From the NCBI GenBank assembly GCA_028023455.1, contig JAQFVV010000005.1, positions 22,320,001 through 22,384,000 on the forward strand: 64,000 nucleotides of DNA, written 5' to 3'. This document shows positions 39,314-51,100 of this stretch, piece after piece. Position numbers and translations under genes: made by a program. Positions within the stretch are counted from its first letter, which is position 1; each line of letters starts with the position of its first letter. The stretch is from Epiperipatus broadwayi (lineage: Eukaryota; Animalia; Onychophora). The notes under the pieces were generated by a model. That model saw nothing but the letters and a program-made list of their open reading frames with translations. It made no database searches and was not told the origin of the DNA.

Positions 39314-39830
39314 TAGGTTTTTTTTTTTCCTCCGGGTTCTGTTTAAAATATATGGGGCTTTCCACATAGCCCTCCTTTGGATCTTGCTCAAGCCCCACTT
39401 CCTCTTTTCTTTCCCCCTCTGATTCATGCCTTCCACTGGATTGATGTTCCAGCACTGGTCCCTCTACTACACTACTATCCCCAACTACACTCTCTTCACA
39501 CAGCATTTCCCCAGACTCGTCAGATGTAACAGAGCTTATCCCCTGTTCCTCTAAGCTTTTGTTCCTCCCTTCCATGTCTTCTATCTCACTTCCCCCTCCT
39601 ATTTCTTTCTCAGTACCACTATCCATTCTTTTTTGCTATATTGTCTATCAACCCCTCCAAACCCTCTTGCAACCTTTCTTCTATCGCTCTATCTCTTGCT
39701 TCCATGTTCTTCTGGTTCTCTTCTAACCTCCCTAGAATTCTTGCTTCCATACTTTGGTTCATGACCATTATGTTTTGGTTATTTTCCCTGCACATGTTTC
39801 TTAGGCTTTGATCTCTCTCTTCAAAAAGTT
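39314..39830 (-). mobile_element. gag-like coiled-coil fragment, same family as 33262-35448
   Basis: Open frame QLFEERDQSLRNM...GLIDNIAKRMDSGTEKE...ESPIYF, continuous with track ORF 39309..39626. Confidence 0.5.
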
Positions 39831-41204
39831 GATTTAATTAATCAAAAATATTAATTATTGCATAGATTGAATTAGCAGCTATTTTTTAGACCAGGTCTTT
39901 ATCTAGAAGAACTCTGCTTTTCAAGTTACATAGGATGTTCCAGAGTTATTCAGTTTTTTTTTTCAAAACTAACGTGAAAATTTCTATCTCACATAGAAAA
40001 TTAGTAAAGAAGAAACTATTACAAACAAAATCGTTTATTGTGAAATTTTTCTTATGGATTCCACATTGTTAAATTTACATGATTTTAAATAGAAGTTAAA
40101 ATTAAAACGTTTTTTTCTCTCATAAATATTAAATAATTTAATTTTTTAAAGCTGAGTAAAGAAACTTAGGTATATGTAAGCCTGCAACAATTAAAAACAC
40201 TGCACATGATTCATTAGTTGTTATATATTCTGATTTATCATCAAAGGTCAATGGAAACAGTTTTAATGGCCGACTGCATTTCAGTTTAAATGAAATTGTC
40301 AGAACACATTATTGCATAATTTAAAAGAATTGTGTTATAAAAACATAAAAAACAATTTTAACAAATAACTATCTTCTAAAGAATAAGAAATGGACTGATT
40401 TGATTAAATTTCAATTGAACTTGTAAATAACACCTAACTTGTGTTACATCAATGCCATTCGGATAAATAATAATAAGTCATTTGTTATCTAACGAAATAA
40501 ACTGGCATTGACATAATAAAAGGTGGTGGCTGTTATTTACAGGTTTAATTAAAAATGATTCTTTGGAGGTCTGACTTGTAAATTATTGTTGTAACATTTT
40601 CGAACTTGAATGTTTCATGAATAGTTTATATTAGTATTATATACTTGATAAGCTGTGAAAAAAATTATTATATTTTTATAAGCATGAAGATTTTAAACAC
40701 ATACTTGCATTGCAAATTTTCAACATAGAATATCTATTGGAAGTTAAATATTGCATAGCAGTACTTCATAATCAGATTCATTTATTTGTTATAATTATTG
40801 GCTGGTGATGGAAGAAAAACTTTCTTCAATTTTTAGTTTCAATAGTTTTCAACTTGATAGTGTGAGTCAGTTTTTCAAAATTTTGGTATTTTTTTTTTTA
40901 ATTAGAAAGGCTGTACTTTTGATGTTGAGGTACAGCATGCATTCCAATATGCTGCTATTTTTAGAAATTTAAAAAATAGATTATTTTGCCATAATAATAT
41001 AACCACTGCAATTAAATTTATTTTAATATATAAGCTGTTATTTTACTCATTTTATTGCATAGGGACTTCTTATCAATGTAATATAATATAAAGATAAATG
41101 CATCATAAAATTCTAAAAATATAAGAGCAAAGTTCATAAAACCAATCAATATGTTTTTTAGCTGATGTGATGTGATGTACTGTAGCTTCTCCTTAAACGA
41201 AGTC

Positions 41205-41395
41205 AAGAATCTCTCGGCAATTATACCCAGAAAAACCTGTTAGCCACTTTATTTTTTATTCTCTAGTCTAAGTTTTCCCATATTCTGCTCTATCCCATTT
41301 CCAACATAATCTTTGTCAACTCTATGGCCTTTATATCTAAATCCCCCTTATCTTTTCCCAAACCCAGCATAAAAACATGGCACTTTCGATTCATA
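41205..41395 (-). mobile_element. 3' fragment of an I/Nimb-like LINE, same family as 61440-62300
   Basis: aaacctgttagccactttat...ccaacataatctttgtcaactc...tatatctaaatcccccttatctttt...aaacccagcataaaaac nearly identical to 61482-61645. Confidence 0.75.
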
Positions 41396-41489
41396 TCTTT
41401 CTTAGATTGGTCAAGATTCTAATGAAGTGTTTTATGATGAATTTGAGGATAGTTTTTGTCATTCCAAAGAAGTGTATAATATTGATTGC

Positions 41490-44400
41490 TGCTATATACG
41501 TGTATAATAATGTTTTGTTAAAAGAAAATTATACGTATATAATACATTTTCTTTTAATAAAACTTATTTTAATAAAACATTAATTATTATATACAATTTT
41601 CTTTTAATAAAACTTATTTTAATAAAACATTAATTATTATATACGTATAATTTTCTTTTAACAAAACATTATTATACACGTATATAGCACCTCCACCACT
41701 TCAGAAATTATGGTTTCTGAAGTCTTACATAGTCTTTTAAGTAAGCGGGTTCTTTTCTTGTTCTCGAAGATCTGCGTGGAGATGTTTTCTCTTCTAATGG
41801 CGTTTTGTTAGTCTCTTGTAGTTCAGCTTTAATGGGCATTCTTGACAGTGCGTCTGCGTGTTTAATGATCTTTCCTTTTTTGAAATTTAGATCAAAATCA
41901 TAGCCTGACAACAGATTAACCCAACGTAACAGTCTAGGGCTTAGATGATCAGGTGCAGTTTTATTTTTTGCTAATAATCCCAACAGCGGTTTATGATCGG
42001 TAAAGATTTTAAACTGTCGACCATACAAATATTGGTGAAACTTTGTTATTGCAAATATGATAGCCAACGCCTCTTTATCTAGTTGACTATAATTTTGCTC
42101 AGCTTTTGTTAATGTTCTTGAAGCGAAGATGATTGGTCGCTCGCCGTCAACTACTGTATGGCTTAAGACTGCCCCTACTCCAACTTCGGATGCATCTGTT
42201 GTCAATATCAATTCGAGGCTACTGTCGTAATGTACTAATAAGCTGTTTGACGTTAATAATTCTTTAGTGTCACAAAAAGCTTTTTCTTGGGTTTGATCCC
42301 AAATCCATTTTTGGTTCTTTTTTAATAAATTGTATAGCAGTTTTGCTATGTGAGCTTCCCCTTAAGAAAAACTTCAAAATAATTAAGAAGTCCTAAGAAA
42401 GCTTGAAGTTCTTTAACATTTCTGGGTCTTCGTGCTTCCTTTACGGCTGCAATTTTTTGAGGGTCGGGTCTTTTTCCCTTTTTTGAGATTATGTGTCCCA
42501 GGAATTTTAATTCAGTTGCCATCCAGATACATTTGTCTGCGTTTATTTTAGCTCCAAAACTACATAACTTGTCGCAAACTTTTAAAACTCGTTCACGTAA
42601 TTCCTCTTCTGAATTGGCCATGACCAAAATGTCATCAAAATACGGTGTTACACCATCCAATTGCTGGAACAGCATGTCCATTTTGGCCTGGAAAATGTTT
42701 GGTGCAACCGTAATTCCATAAGGCAATCTATTATACTTAAACAATCCCTTATGTGTTGTAATAGTTAGCAATTCTGATGTGCGTTCAGAAACTGGTATCT
42801 GGTGAAATGGGGCCTTTAAATCAATTTTAGCATAGTGAGTTGCCTTTTGCATATTTGCCAGTATTTCTCTGACATTAGGTACAGGATACTGACTTTTAGT
42901 GAGGTTTTTATTTATTGTGGTCCTATAATCTCCGCAAATGCGAATCTGCCCATTTGGTTTAGTTATAACCACGATTGGAGTCGCCCATTCCGTTTTCTCG
43001 ACTGGCGTTAATACACCCTTACTAACCAGATTTATCAACTCTTGTTCTAACTTAGTTTGCAGCGCAAAAGGAACTTTTCTGGGTCTGCAGATAACGGGGG
43101 TTGCGCCACCTTGTAGCTCTATGTTTATAGGCGTCGTAATAATTTTTCCCTCATCACTTTTAAATAATTCACAATATTTATTTCTCATTTTTTGCTCAAT
43201 AGCAACTTTATTTATTACACATATCTCTATTCCCAAAGCATCGAACCATTCCCTACCTATAATAGGATTTAGACCGCCTTGTACTATATATATAACGGTA
43301 GTGTTCGAACCTTACTATTTAATTCAATCTGAGCCATCACCTTCCCTAATATTTTCATACTATTTCCGCTAGCGTCTTTTGCCCTTAAACTTGTCTTCAT
43401 TAATAAAGGAGGATTTTTTCGATTTTTCGCTACTTTCTCCCAGTCTTCAAGTGTCATCATTGACACGCCTGCTCCGCTGTCAATTTCCATTTTTACTGGT
43501 GTCTTTAATAAATTAACTGTCAGCATAAACTGACTTCCATATCCCATCTGTGTATTGTAAATATCACATTTTTTTTTATTTTCGACTTTACAAGTTGGTG
43601 AGCTGCCACGATCCTTTTCTCCTTTATTTCGACATACTTTCTGCAAATGCCCAACTTTACCACAAGTCCTACAATGCTCCTTATTATATTTACACTTACG
43701 AGCCATGTGGCTTTTTTTTCACAGCAATAACACACTATCTCATATGTTTTGCTCTTAATAGGTTGGGACTTATTTTCAGTTTTCCGAATATACGCATTTG
43801 TGGGTAAAATTTCTAAATTCTTCCGATTGGTCGAGTACTTTTTGTGGGCTACTCCCATTTTGGTTGCTTCATTATACGTTAACTCTCTTGAGGCCAGTAA
43901 CTGCTGCCTAAGCCTATCATCTGACATGCCCCAAAGTAATTGCTCAAGCAGATTATCCTCTAAGGCATCGCCATAACTGCAACTTTTAGCAAGTTCTCTT
44001 AGAGCTTGATCATAATCTCGTATACGCTCTCCCTTGTTTTGCCTTCGGTTTCTGAAGTGTAGTCTTGCGACATGCTTCGAAGGCTGGGGACTGAAAAAAT
44101 TATTTAATTTCCCCGTAACTACATTATATGGCAAATTCTCTGGCTCTTCGTGATCACAGAGTCTATTTGCTATTCGATTACTTGTTGCCCAGCATAACAC
44201 AATAACGTGGCAACTTTAATGGGGTTGCTTGTCGTACCATTAATCAAAAATAGTTTCTCGATTCTCTTAAGATAAATTGGCCAATCAAAAGGGTTATTAA
44301 CATTGAACTCGTTAATTGTTACCTGAGGCACTGATGTCATCATTTTCTATTTTGCTTTTTTTTTTTTTTTTAAAAAAAAAAATTTCTATTTCGCTACGAG

Positions 44401-44733
44401 ATAACTATTAAACATGCTTACTGAGACAAATTTCTATTAATACGCTTACTAAAACAAATTACTGTTAATACGCTTACTAAAACAATTTTTCCGACTACCA
44501 ATTCTATATTCACCCGGACTTCGATTCTCAATTTCCTTGTAGCTTTCTCTACGTTATACAATTCAATTTGAATCCACTACTGTTTCTAAATTGCACCAGA
44601 TTTTTCTACTGGAACGTATCCTGTCGATTAACTGTGCCAATTTTCTTTTAATAAAACTTATTTTAATAAAACATTAATTATTATATACGTATAATTTTCT
44701 TTTAACAAAACATTATTATACACATATATAGCA
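41490..44733 (-). mobile_element. Young Ty3/Gypsy LTR retrotransposon lacking integrase, with ~95-bp LTRs and 54-bp terminal inverted repeats
   Basis: TG...CA ends; perfect 5-bp TSD ATTGC (41485-41489, 44734-44738); direct repeats 41595-41689 and 44639-44733 differ at one base; PBS-like TGGCACAG at 44639-44632; PPT-like aagtggtggagg at 41701-41690. Confidence 0.92.
41708..44343 (-). pseudogene. gag-protease-RT-RNase H polyprotein (~878 codons) with four small frameshifts and no integrase core
   Basis: Gag MTSVPQV...WPIYLKRIEKLF; two CCHC knuckles; protease EIDSGA; RT KIDLKAPFHQI, RLPYG, YFDDILV; RNase H TTDASEVGVGAVL, YSQLDKEALA, TDHKPL, ADALSR; fused in frame to tail RRSSRTRKEPAYLKDYV. Confidence 0.92.
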
Positions 44734-46224
44734 ATTGCTTTTATTGTAAAGATATAATGTAAGAATAGAATACATGAGCAGCCATAATTAGACATTGTAT
44801 TAAAGTTTTTCAAAAAGAAAACTGTCTGCAAAGTGTTTCACAAAATATCATGAACAGAATAAGGACCAGTAAATTTTATATGTAGATGTATTTATGGTTT
44901 ACAAATTGACTTATATAGACACAGCAGAATTTATTTCTAGAGTATTATTATTATTATTTTAATTATTTTTTTGGGTCAGAATGGTCATATTTATTTGGGA
45001 ATAGTTGCTAATAAAGAAATATAAATTATGAATTTTCATAAACAACATAGTTTTTTTATTTTTTCAGAACACTAGACATTTAGTTAACGTATTGTCATGT
45101 GTTTAACTATATTAATATAAGATTATTCCCTGTATGATGGCAGAGTAACAGACTGAAGAGTAAAGAGTTCTTGAATGCAATCTCAATCTGTTACTTCTGG
45201 TGCTAAAACTTTGCATAATTCCTGCTATTTAATCAATGAATTATTTAATTTAGTGTAGTATTTGGTCCATTTTTACTTTAATTCCTTATATTATCTCCTA
45301 ATCTGTTTTTCTATTGGATTTTAAATAAAACAGCTATAGGAAGAGTACCAATTTTTACTGCCACACTTGATGGTCATATGATTAAATTATTACATTTTAA
45401 CATATTCTAGCTTATTACAAGAAAGTTCTATCAACTTTATGTTAAGACTTTGAGAGGCTATTTTAGAATTGAGCCTCAACTTTCTCAAACTGTTTAGTAG
45501 CAGCTTATTTGGAAGTAGGCTGTTTTGTTTGGTTAGTGTAAGCTATGTTTTAATATTGCTCTGCCATAGTATTAATAGCGAGAAATTGTTCATGATGTTA
45601 AAGACAGGCTCTTGATGTCTTAGGCAGAACATTATACCCATACAATGAAAAAAATCTACTATTATTAACAAAATCATACTTTTTACTTTGAAATAAGATC
45701 TCTTGCACAATCATTTGTGAAAAATTGCTGCATTTGGATTGGTTATTTCTCTTATTTAAACATGGTAGAATATCTTTGGCCAGTTATGTTATCTCATTAA
45801 AAATAACTGTAAAGAAGAGCAAAGTGAATTGAGGCACAGTCCCATTGTTACTTTCTAATTTTAGTAAAAAGATTAATTATGTAAAGAATAAAAGTGGATC
45901 ATCAAATTCTAATGCAATTAGAGAAATGAATTATAATTTATAAACCTTGTTCCTATTGACTTTTGGAATATATTATTCATGTATAGATGTATGTCTGTGT
46001 ATTTATATTTATGTATATATTAGTAATTGTTGAATCTGTATTTTAATAATATTTTAATTCTATAGGTATATAATGAGCTTGCAAATACAAGGGTGATAAA
46101 TTAGGTCATGTGACATATGACTTGATTTCTTTGTAATTCTATAGTAAATATGTGATGTAGAAGTTTTGTTATATTTTGGTATAATCTGTCCTAGTAATTG
46201 TGATTGTATTTTTTTTTGTTTTAG

Positions 46225-46323
46225 GAACTAAATGCGTGAAAAAAGGTGATGAAATTTTTTGCACCTGCATTGTTGGGTATATTGGTGACCCATATTCATC
46301 TGACGGTTGTAGCCTTGAGCCTC
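46225..46323 (+). CDS. Half-EGF exon (Cys3-Cys6): GTKCVKKGDEIFCTCIVGYIGDPYSSDGCSLEP
   Basis: ttttttgttttag acceptor, gtaagt donor at 46324; 99 nt; only 4 Cys. Confidence 0.9.
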
Positions 46324-46399
46324 GTAAGTATTGCATTTTAATTGTTTGTGTTATCTCATTATTGATTATTAGTTGTAGTTCATTTATTGTTTAAGAAAG

Positions 46400-46886
46400 A
46401 AGTTGGACAGCAGCCAATATTTTTTATTTAATTGTAATGTAAATAATTAAAATAAACATTGATTGTAGTTTTTATTAACAATTGCTGCATATATCTGCAA
46501 TCATTTTTTACCAAGCCATTGTGCAAATAAAAACTCATGCGACAATTGGCAATAGATTGGTCAACACGAATACACATATACAAGAGCAATAACCAAAAAA
46601 GAAGGGCAGTTCTGTATTTGCTGACCATCAGCAAGAACCCATCCACAGATTTGAACCCTCCAAAGGTGATATATTATGCACAGAAAGGAATGACATCAAG
46701 AGAAAAATCAAGGAAGCTTGTTTTATCACCAGTGATATCAATTCAATAAATAGAAAAGACACTTGTTTTGCCATTTCCAGAAAATGGATAATATAGGAGA
46801 TAGTTTTGCATACATTTGCATATAATGACATTGATAATGTAAAGAGGCTATGATTATGGAGTAACAAAACTGAAAGCGCTTAGCCT
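46400..46886 (+). mobile_element. Penelope-like element 3' fragment (GIY-YIG C-terminus and hammerhead)
   Basis: Frame SVFADHQQEPIHRFEPSKGDILCTERNDIKRKIKEACFITSDINSINRKDTCFAISRKW matches the PLE S..A.H..H.F..R...EA..I..INR..W pattern; 5' boundary approximate. Confidence 0.7.
46845..46886 (+). ncRNA. Minimal type I hammerhead ribozyme motif with A3-U8
   Basis: AGGCT-ATGATTA-TGG-AGT-AACAAA-ACT-GAAA-GCGC-TT-AGCCT: perfect 5-bp helix I, weak helix II, palindromic AGCGCT helix III. Confidence 0.6.
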
Positions 46887-47858
46887 GCAGAAATTACGAT
46901 ATAGAAAGCCTACAGAAATTATTATATAGAAAAGTTTCACAGCAACACATCAGTGTATTATTAATTTGAAATCTGTGGAAAATAAATAAACTCTATATAT
47001 AATATATTAGTAATTGGGTGTGTTTACATTTCATATTTTGAAATGAAATAAGGGAATCTACTTAACATAAATAAGATTTAAGTCCACTCTGATTTATGAT
47101 TAATGAAATTGGGGATTGGAATAACTGGTGAAGTTGTTTATTTGAAACTAAATCTGTGAACCTTGTATTGCCGTAGTTCATAATTCTGAATTTGACTATT
47201 ATATAACATGTTTTTGTTAAATAATGAACTAATAGAGGGATTTTATTTGCTTCATCCATAACATTTAACTATGTGCCAATTTAATTTAAAAATTATACAG
47301 ATTAACACATCAACAAAAATAATTAATATAAAATAAAATATTGTTGAGAAAAAAGATTATAGTAATAAATTGAGGGAGTCTATAGAGACTATATTCAATA
47401 TGTATTATACTCAAATCTTGTTGGAATAATACATATTGGATTTTATAAATTAAAAATTTATGAATCCTTGTTTACTACAATGTAATGAGATGTGTTAAAT
47501 ATCCATACATTCTTCTCCATAAACATTTCTCTGAGTCCACTTTTAATGCAGATTAAAATGCTTAGTTAAATTGGACTGAAAACTGGAAAGATCCATTTGT
47601 ATATCATAAAGGGAAGCAGACTAATATTCAATAATAAAAAAAAATTAAAAAATAATAACTCAGTGATAAAAATAACACAGATTTTATTTATTTAGGATTT
47701 TATTGTTATAAAAAAGTTTAATAAATAAATTAGGAAACATTAAATCTGCCTTTATTCTTCTGTTGAATAATAATAAAATGAAAATAAATGTCAAATTATA
47801 TATATATGATAAACAAAACAAGTTATAAATTTCGTAACTTGCTCATAGCTTGCATTTT

Positions 47859-48116
47859 ATGATCACTAGATGGAGCTTTACCAATAGCCCACTATCAAGC
47901 TTTGTTTACATAAATGCTGAGAGAGATAGAATTTAATATCTCTTTCAATTTTCTTCAACCTTTAAGCCATGGTTTCAAGCTAGTTGGCTCACTAGCTCAA
48001 AACCATGGTTTAAAGGTTGGAGACAATTGAAAGAGATATTGAATTCTATCTCTCTCAGCATTTATGTAAACAAGGCTTGATAGTGGGCTATTGGTAAAGC
48101 ACCATCTAGTGATCAT
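47859..48116. mobile_element. Near-perfect 258-bp palindromic MITE
   Basis: Arms of ~125 bp with roughly a dozen mismatches; apex ctag-ttggctca-ctag; TA on both flanks; right side runs into (TA)n. Confidence 0.85.
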
Positions 48117-48132
48117 ATATATATATATATAT

Positions 48133-51100
48133 TGTAACTAAAAAATAATTGTGATTTTGGAGATAGCAATCAAATCTCCCCTAGATGGTCTTAAGTCATT
48201 AAAAAAAAGATTAATAATTATTTATTCTGTCTTAGCATTTTCTTCCCTTCCTAAAATAATCTAAGATGCAGATTACATAAAAAAACAGTTTGTAATCTAT
48301 AGCCCATAGAAATATGTGTTAAAAAAATTGTCTATGTTTAAAAGCAGCTGGACTTTTATCACGCTTCTTTTACACGTGTGCCTAGTTTATCTACTAATCG
48401 TTTTTACACCTTTCTTACTAGTTTTTTTCATTTTACAGAAATAAAACTAAATAACTGAATATATTAATTATTTAATAAAATAATATATCAAAATATCATT
48501 TCTTATAACATTCTTTCCATTCACTACTGCTTATTATTAATTATCTATATATAATACTTGCACACATAAATTTATATATAAAAGAAAAAAAAAATTTAAA
48601 TTAAAGAATATATATATGTGTGGAAATGAAAACATATATATGTGTACATTTGCCTCACTCCCAAACAAAAAAAAATTTAATAGTCTCTCTTATGGAACTA
48701 CCTTCCTAAACAATTAATTAAATGCTATTGTCTAATCAGAATGACATTATTTATGAGTATCCACTTCATACAAGTATCATTTCTTACTAATTCCAGAACA
48801 ACTTGCTATTGGAATCCTATTTTTATTGATCATGGGTCTACTACTTTCAATTAGATTATTGGAGTTATTCCCAGGCCTACTTATATTTGATTTACTGGGT
48901 TTTGTGGGATAGTGTCAGCCTAACTGGTTATTCACAATCCTTATAGTGGAGACTTTATAACTATAGCTCTCCTCCCTCCTATAATAACCTTCAGCCATAC
49001 TTTCTGTAGCTCCCAAGGCATCCAACTTGTCTTCCCCTTTTTCTATGGAGTATACATCAGCTGCTACCATATATATATTCCCAGGCATTCCTATGTTTGG
49101 TTTGCTGGGTTTTGTGGGATAGTGATGGCCTAACTGGTTGCTTCCAATTCTCATACTGGAGACATTATAATTATAGCTCTCCTACTTCCTAGAATAACCT
49201 TCAGCCATACTTTTTGTAGCCCCCAATGCCTCGAACATGTCTGCCACACTTTCTGGGGTGTATATATCAGCAGCTACCTTTAATTCTAAGGAATTAGCTT
49301 TGCTGAAAATGTCTTCTCTGTGGTTAATCTCTTTCTGTACTGTGGCTACCTTTACTTTTAAGGTATGGGTCTCACTGTATATATCTTCTTTGGGATTACA
49401 CTGTTCTTGAACAGCAGCCACCTCATGATTTTCATATGGCTTGGTTACAGTCACATAACTCTTTACTCCTACATAACTCTTGACTTCTATCATACAGATA
49501 TTTGCATCCCATTTCCTTTGACTTGCTGTCTGTGCATTACTTATATTTCTTCCCAGTTTTTCTATTTTTTGAGATTGTTGACTTATTTCTTGCTTTATTT
49601 CTTGAGATTGCTGATCCAGTTTATTATCAAATTTCTGATTCATTTGGCACATCTCTTGTGATTGCTGACTCAGTTTATTATCAAATTTCTTATTCATTTG
49701 GCTCATGCCCTTCCTTCATTTCCTTTATCTCTTGTGATTGTTGAATCATCGCTTGTGATTGCTGACTCATTGCTTGAGCCTGTTGATAAAATTTCTGATT
49801 TATTTGTCTCATCATAACTTTCAACCACTCTGGGGGGCCTTGCTTTTCTACTTCCTTCATTTCTTCAATAATTACTTCTTTATCTTGTTCCATATTAACT
49901 TTTTTTCACTAGCTTCTAAATTTTATAAAATATTTATATTCCTTATTTCAACTTTGTTTTATTCTGCTCCTTGATCTCCTATACATCCAGAGTCAACACC
50001 TTTATCTATCTACCCATATACTTCAAAATTTCCAACCACTATTTCTTAGCCATTATTCTTCTCAACCATCTATCTATATTTCAAGTGCCCTAAATCAACA
50101 TAACCTCCATCATTACTTATTTTTACTTATATCTGATTGACAAAGTATGAGGTCATAGCCCCTATTTAAAAACATTTATTTAGGAATAAGCTATTTCTAT
50201 ATTAGTGTGCCTTGTTTGTACCATCATTTATCTAGCTTTTCAATGCTTTCATAAAACATAACTCTCTCTTCCCCTAATTTAATAAATTAAGCCAAAATAA
50301 TTTATATAATACATATGCCTTTATTTATAATAGAGTTCATACCCCAGTTATATACGCATCTATCCTCCTAGAGATCTGACATATTGACAGCCAAAAGAAT
50401 GATTAGCAATTCACCATCATGAGCACTTAAAGTACACAATGCTCTATGAACACTCAGATAATCACCCCAATTCAGTCACTCTAAGCTACTACAGCCCATA
50501 ATAGTTTACTGCAAACACTGCTTGCTATAATTCATAAAATACTGCCTTGCTTATCTTTAAAGTCTTAGAGGCAACTATTATATTTCGGTAAAAAAAACCA
50601 TGCCTTGCTCTCTCTGGAGTCTTAGTGGCAAAAATTATGGCAGGACTACTGTTAACTGCTTTATGATAAATAATAACTGATATTATAATCTGGGTTGGAG
50701 CAGTGAATGAGATAAATCAATCACCAGTGGCATGAATACATCACATCGTCAAGGCAATGACAAAAATTCTCCATCCATCATCAAAAATTACAATATAACC
50801 AACCAAACTCCAACAATCAAATATCCAATCCAATCTCCAAAATCATAGATTTTCTATAACACAAACTTTCCAAATATGAACAAAATTATTATTCTACAAT
50901 TCAATGCTATCAATATTTCTATGCTTATCTGGCAGCAATGCTATATTTCATTGATTAGCAAAATATTCAAAAAACAGTGCTATTAACTTTAACACTTACT
51001 ATAAATTGTGATATCTATATGATTTTAAAATTGAAACTAAGCTGTTTTATGGATGTATTTATTTATCATCATCAAAAAAAATGCAACAATAGTAATCATC

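Noticed and set aside
44410-44490. CRISPR-like array (three ~28-bp repeats)
   Set aside because: Head-to-tail repeats with no unique spacers, in the Gypsy 5' leader of a eukaryotic genome. No cas genes.
46145-46224. Missing EGF half encoded just upstream (ICDVE...IICP) with a donor at 46194
   Set aside because: It would need a 31-nt intron and has no usable in-frame acceptor.
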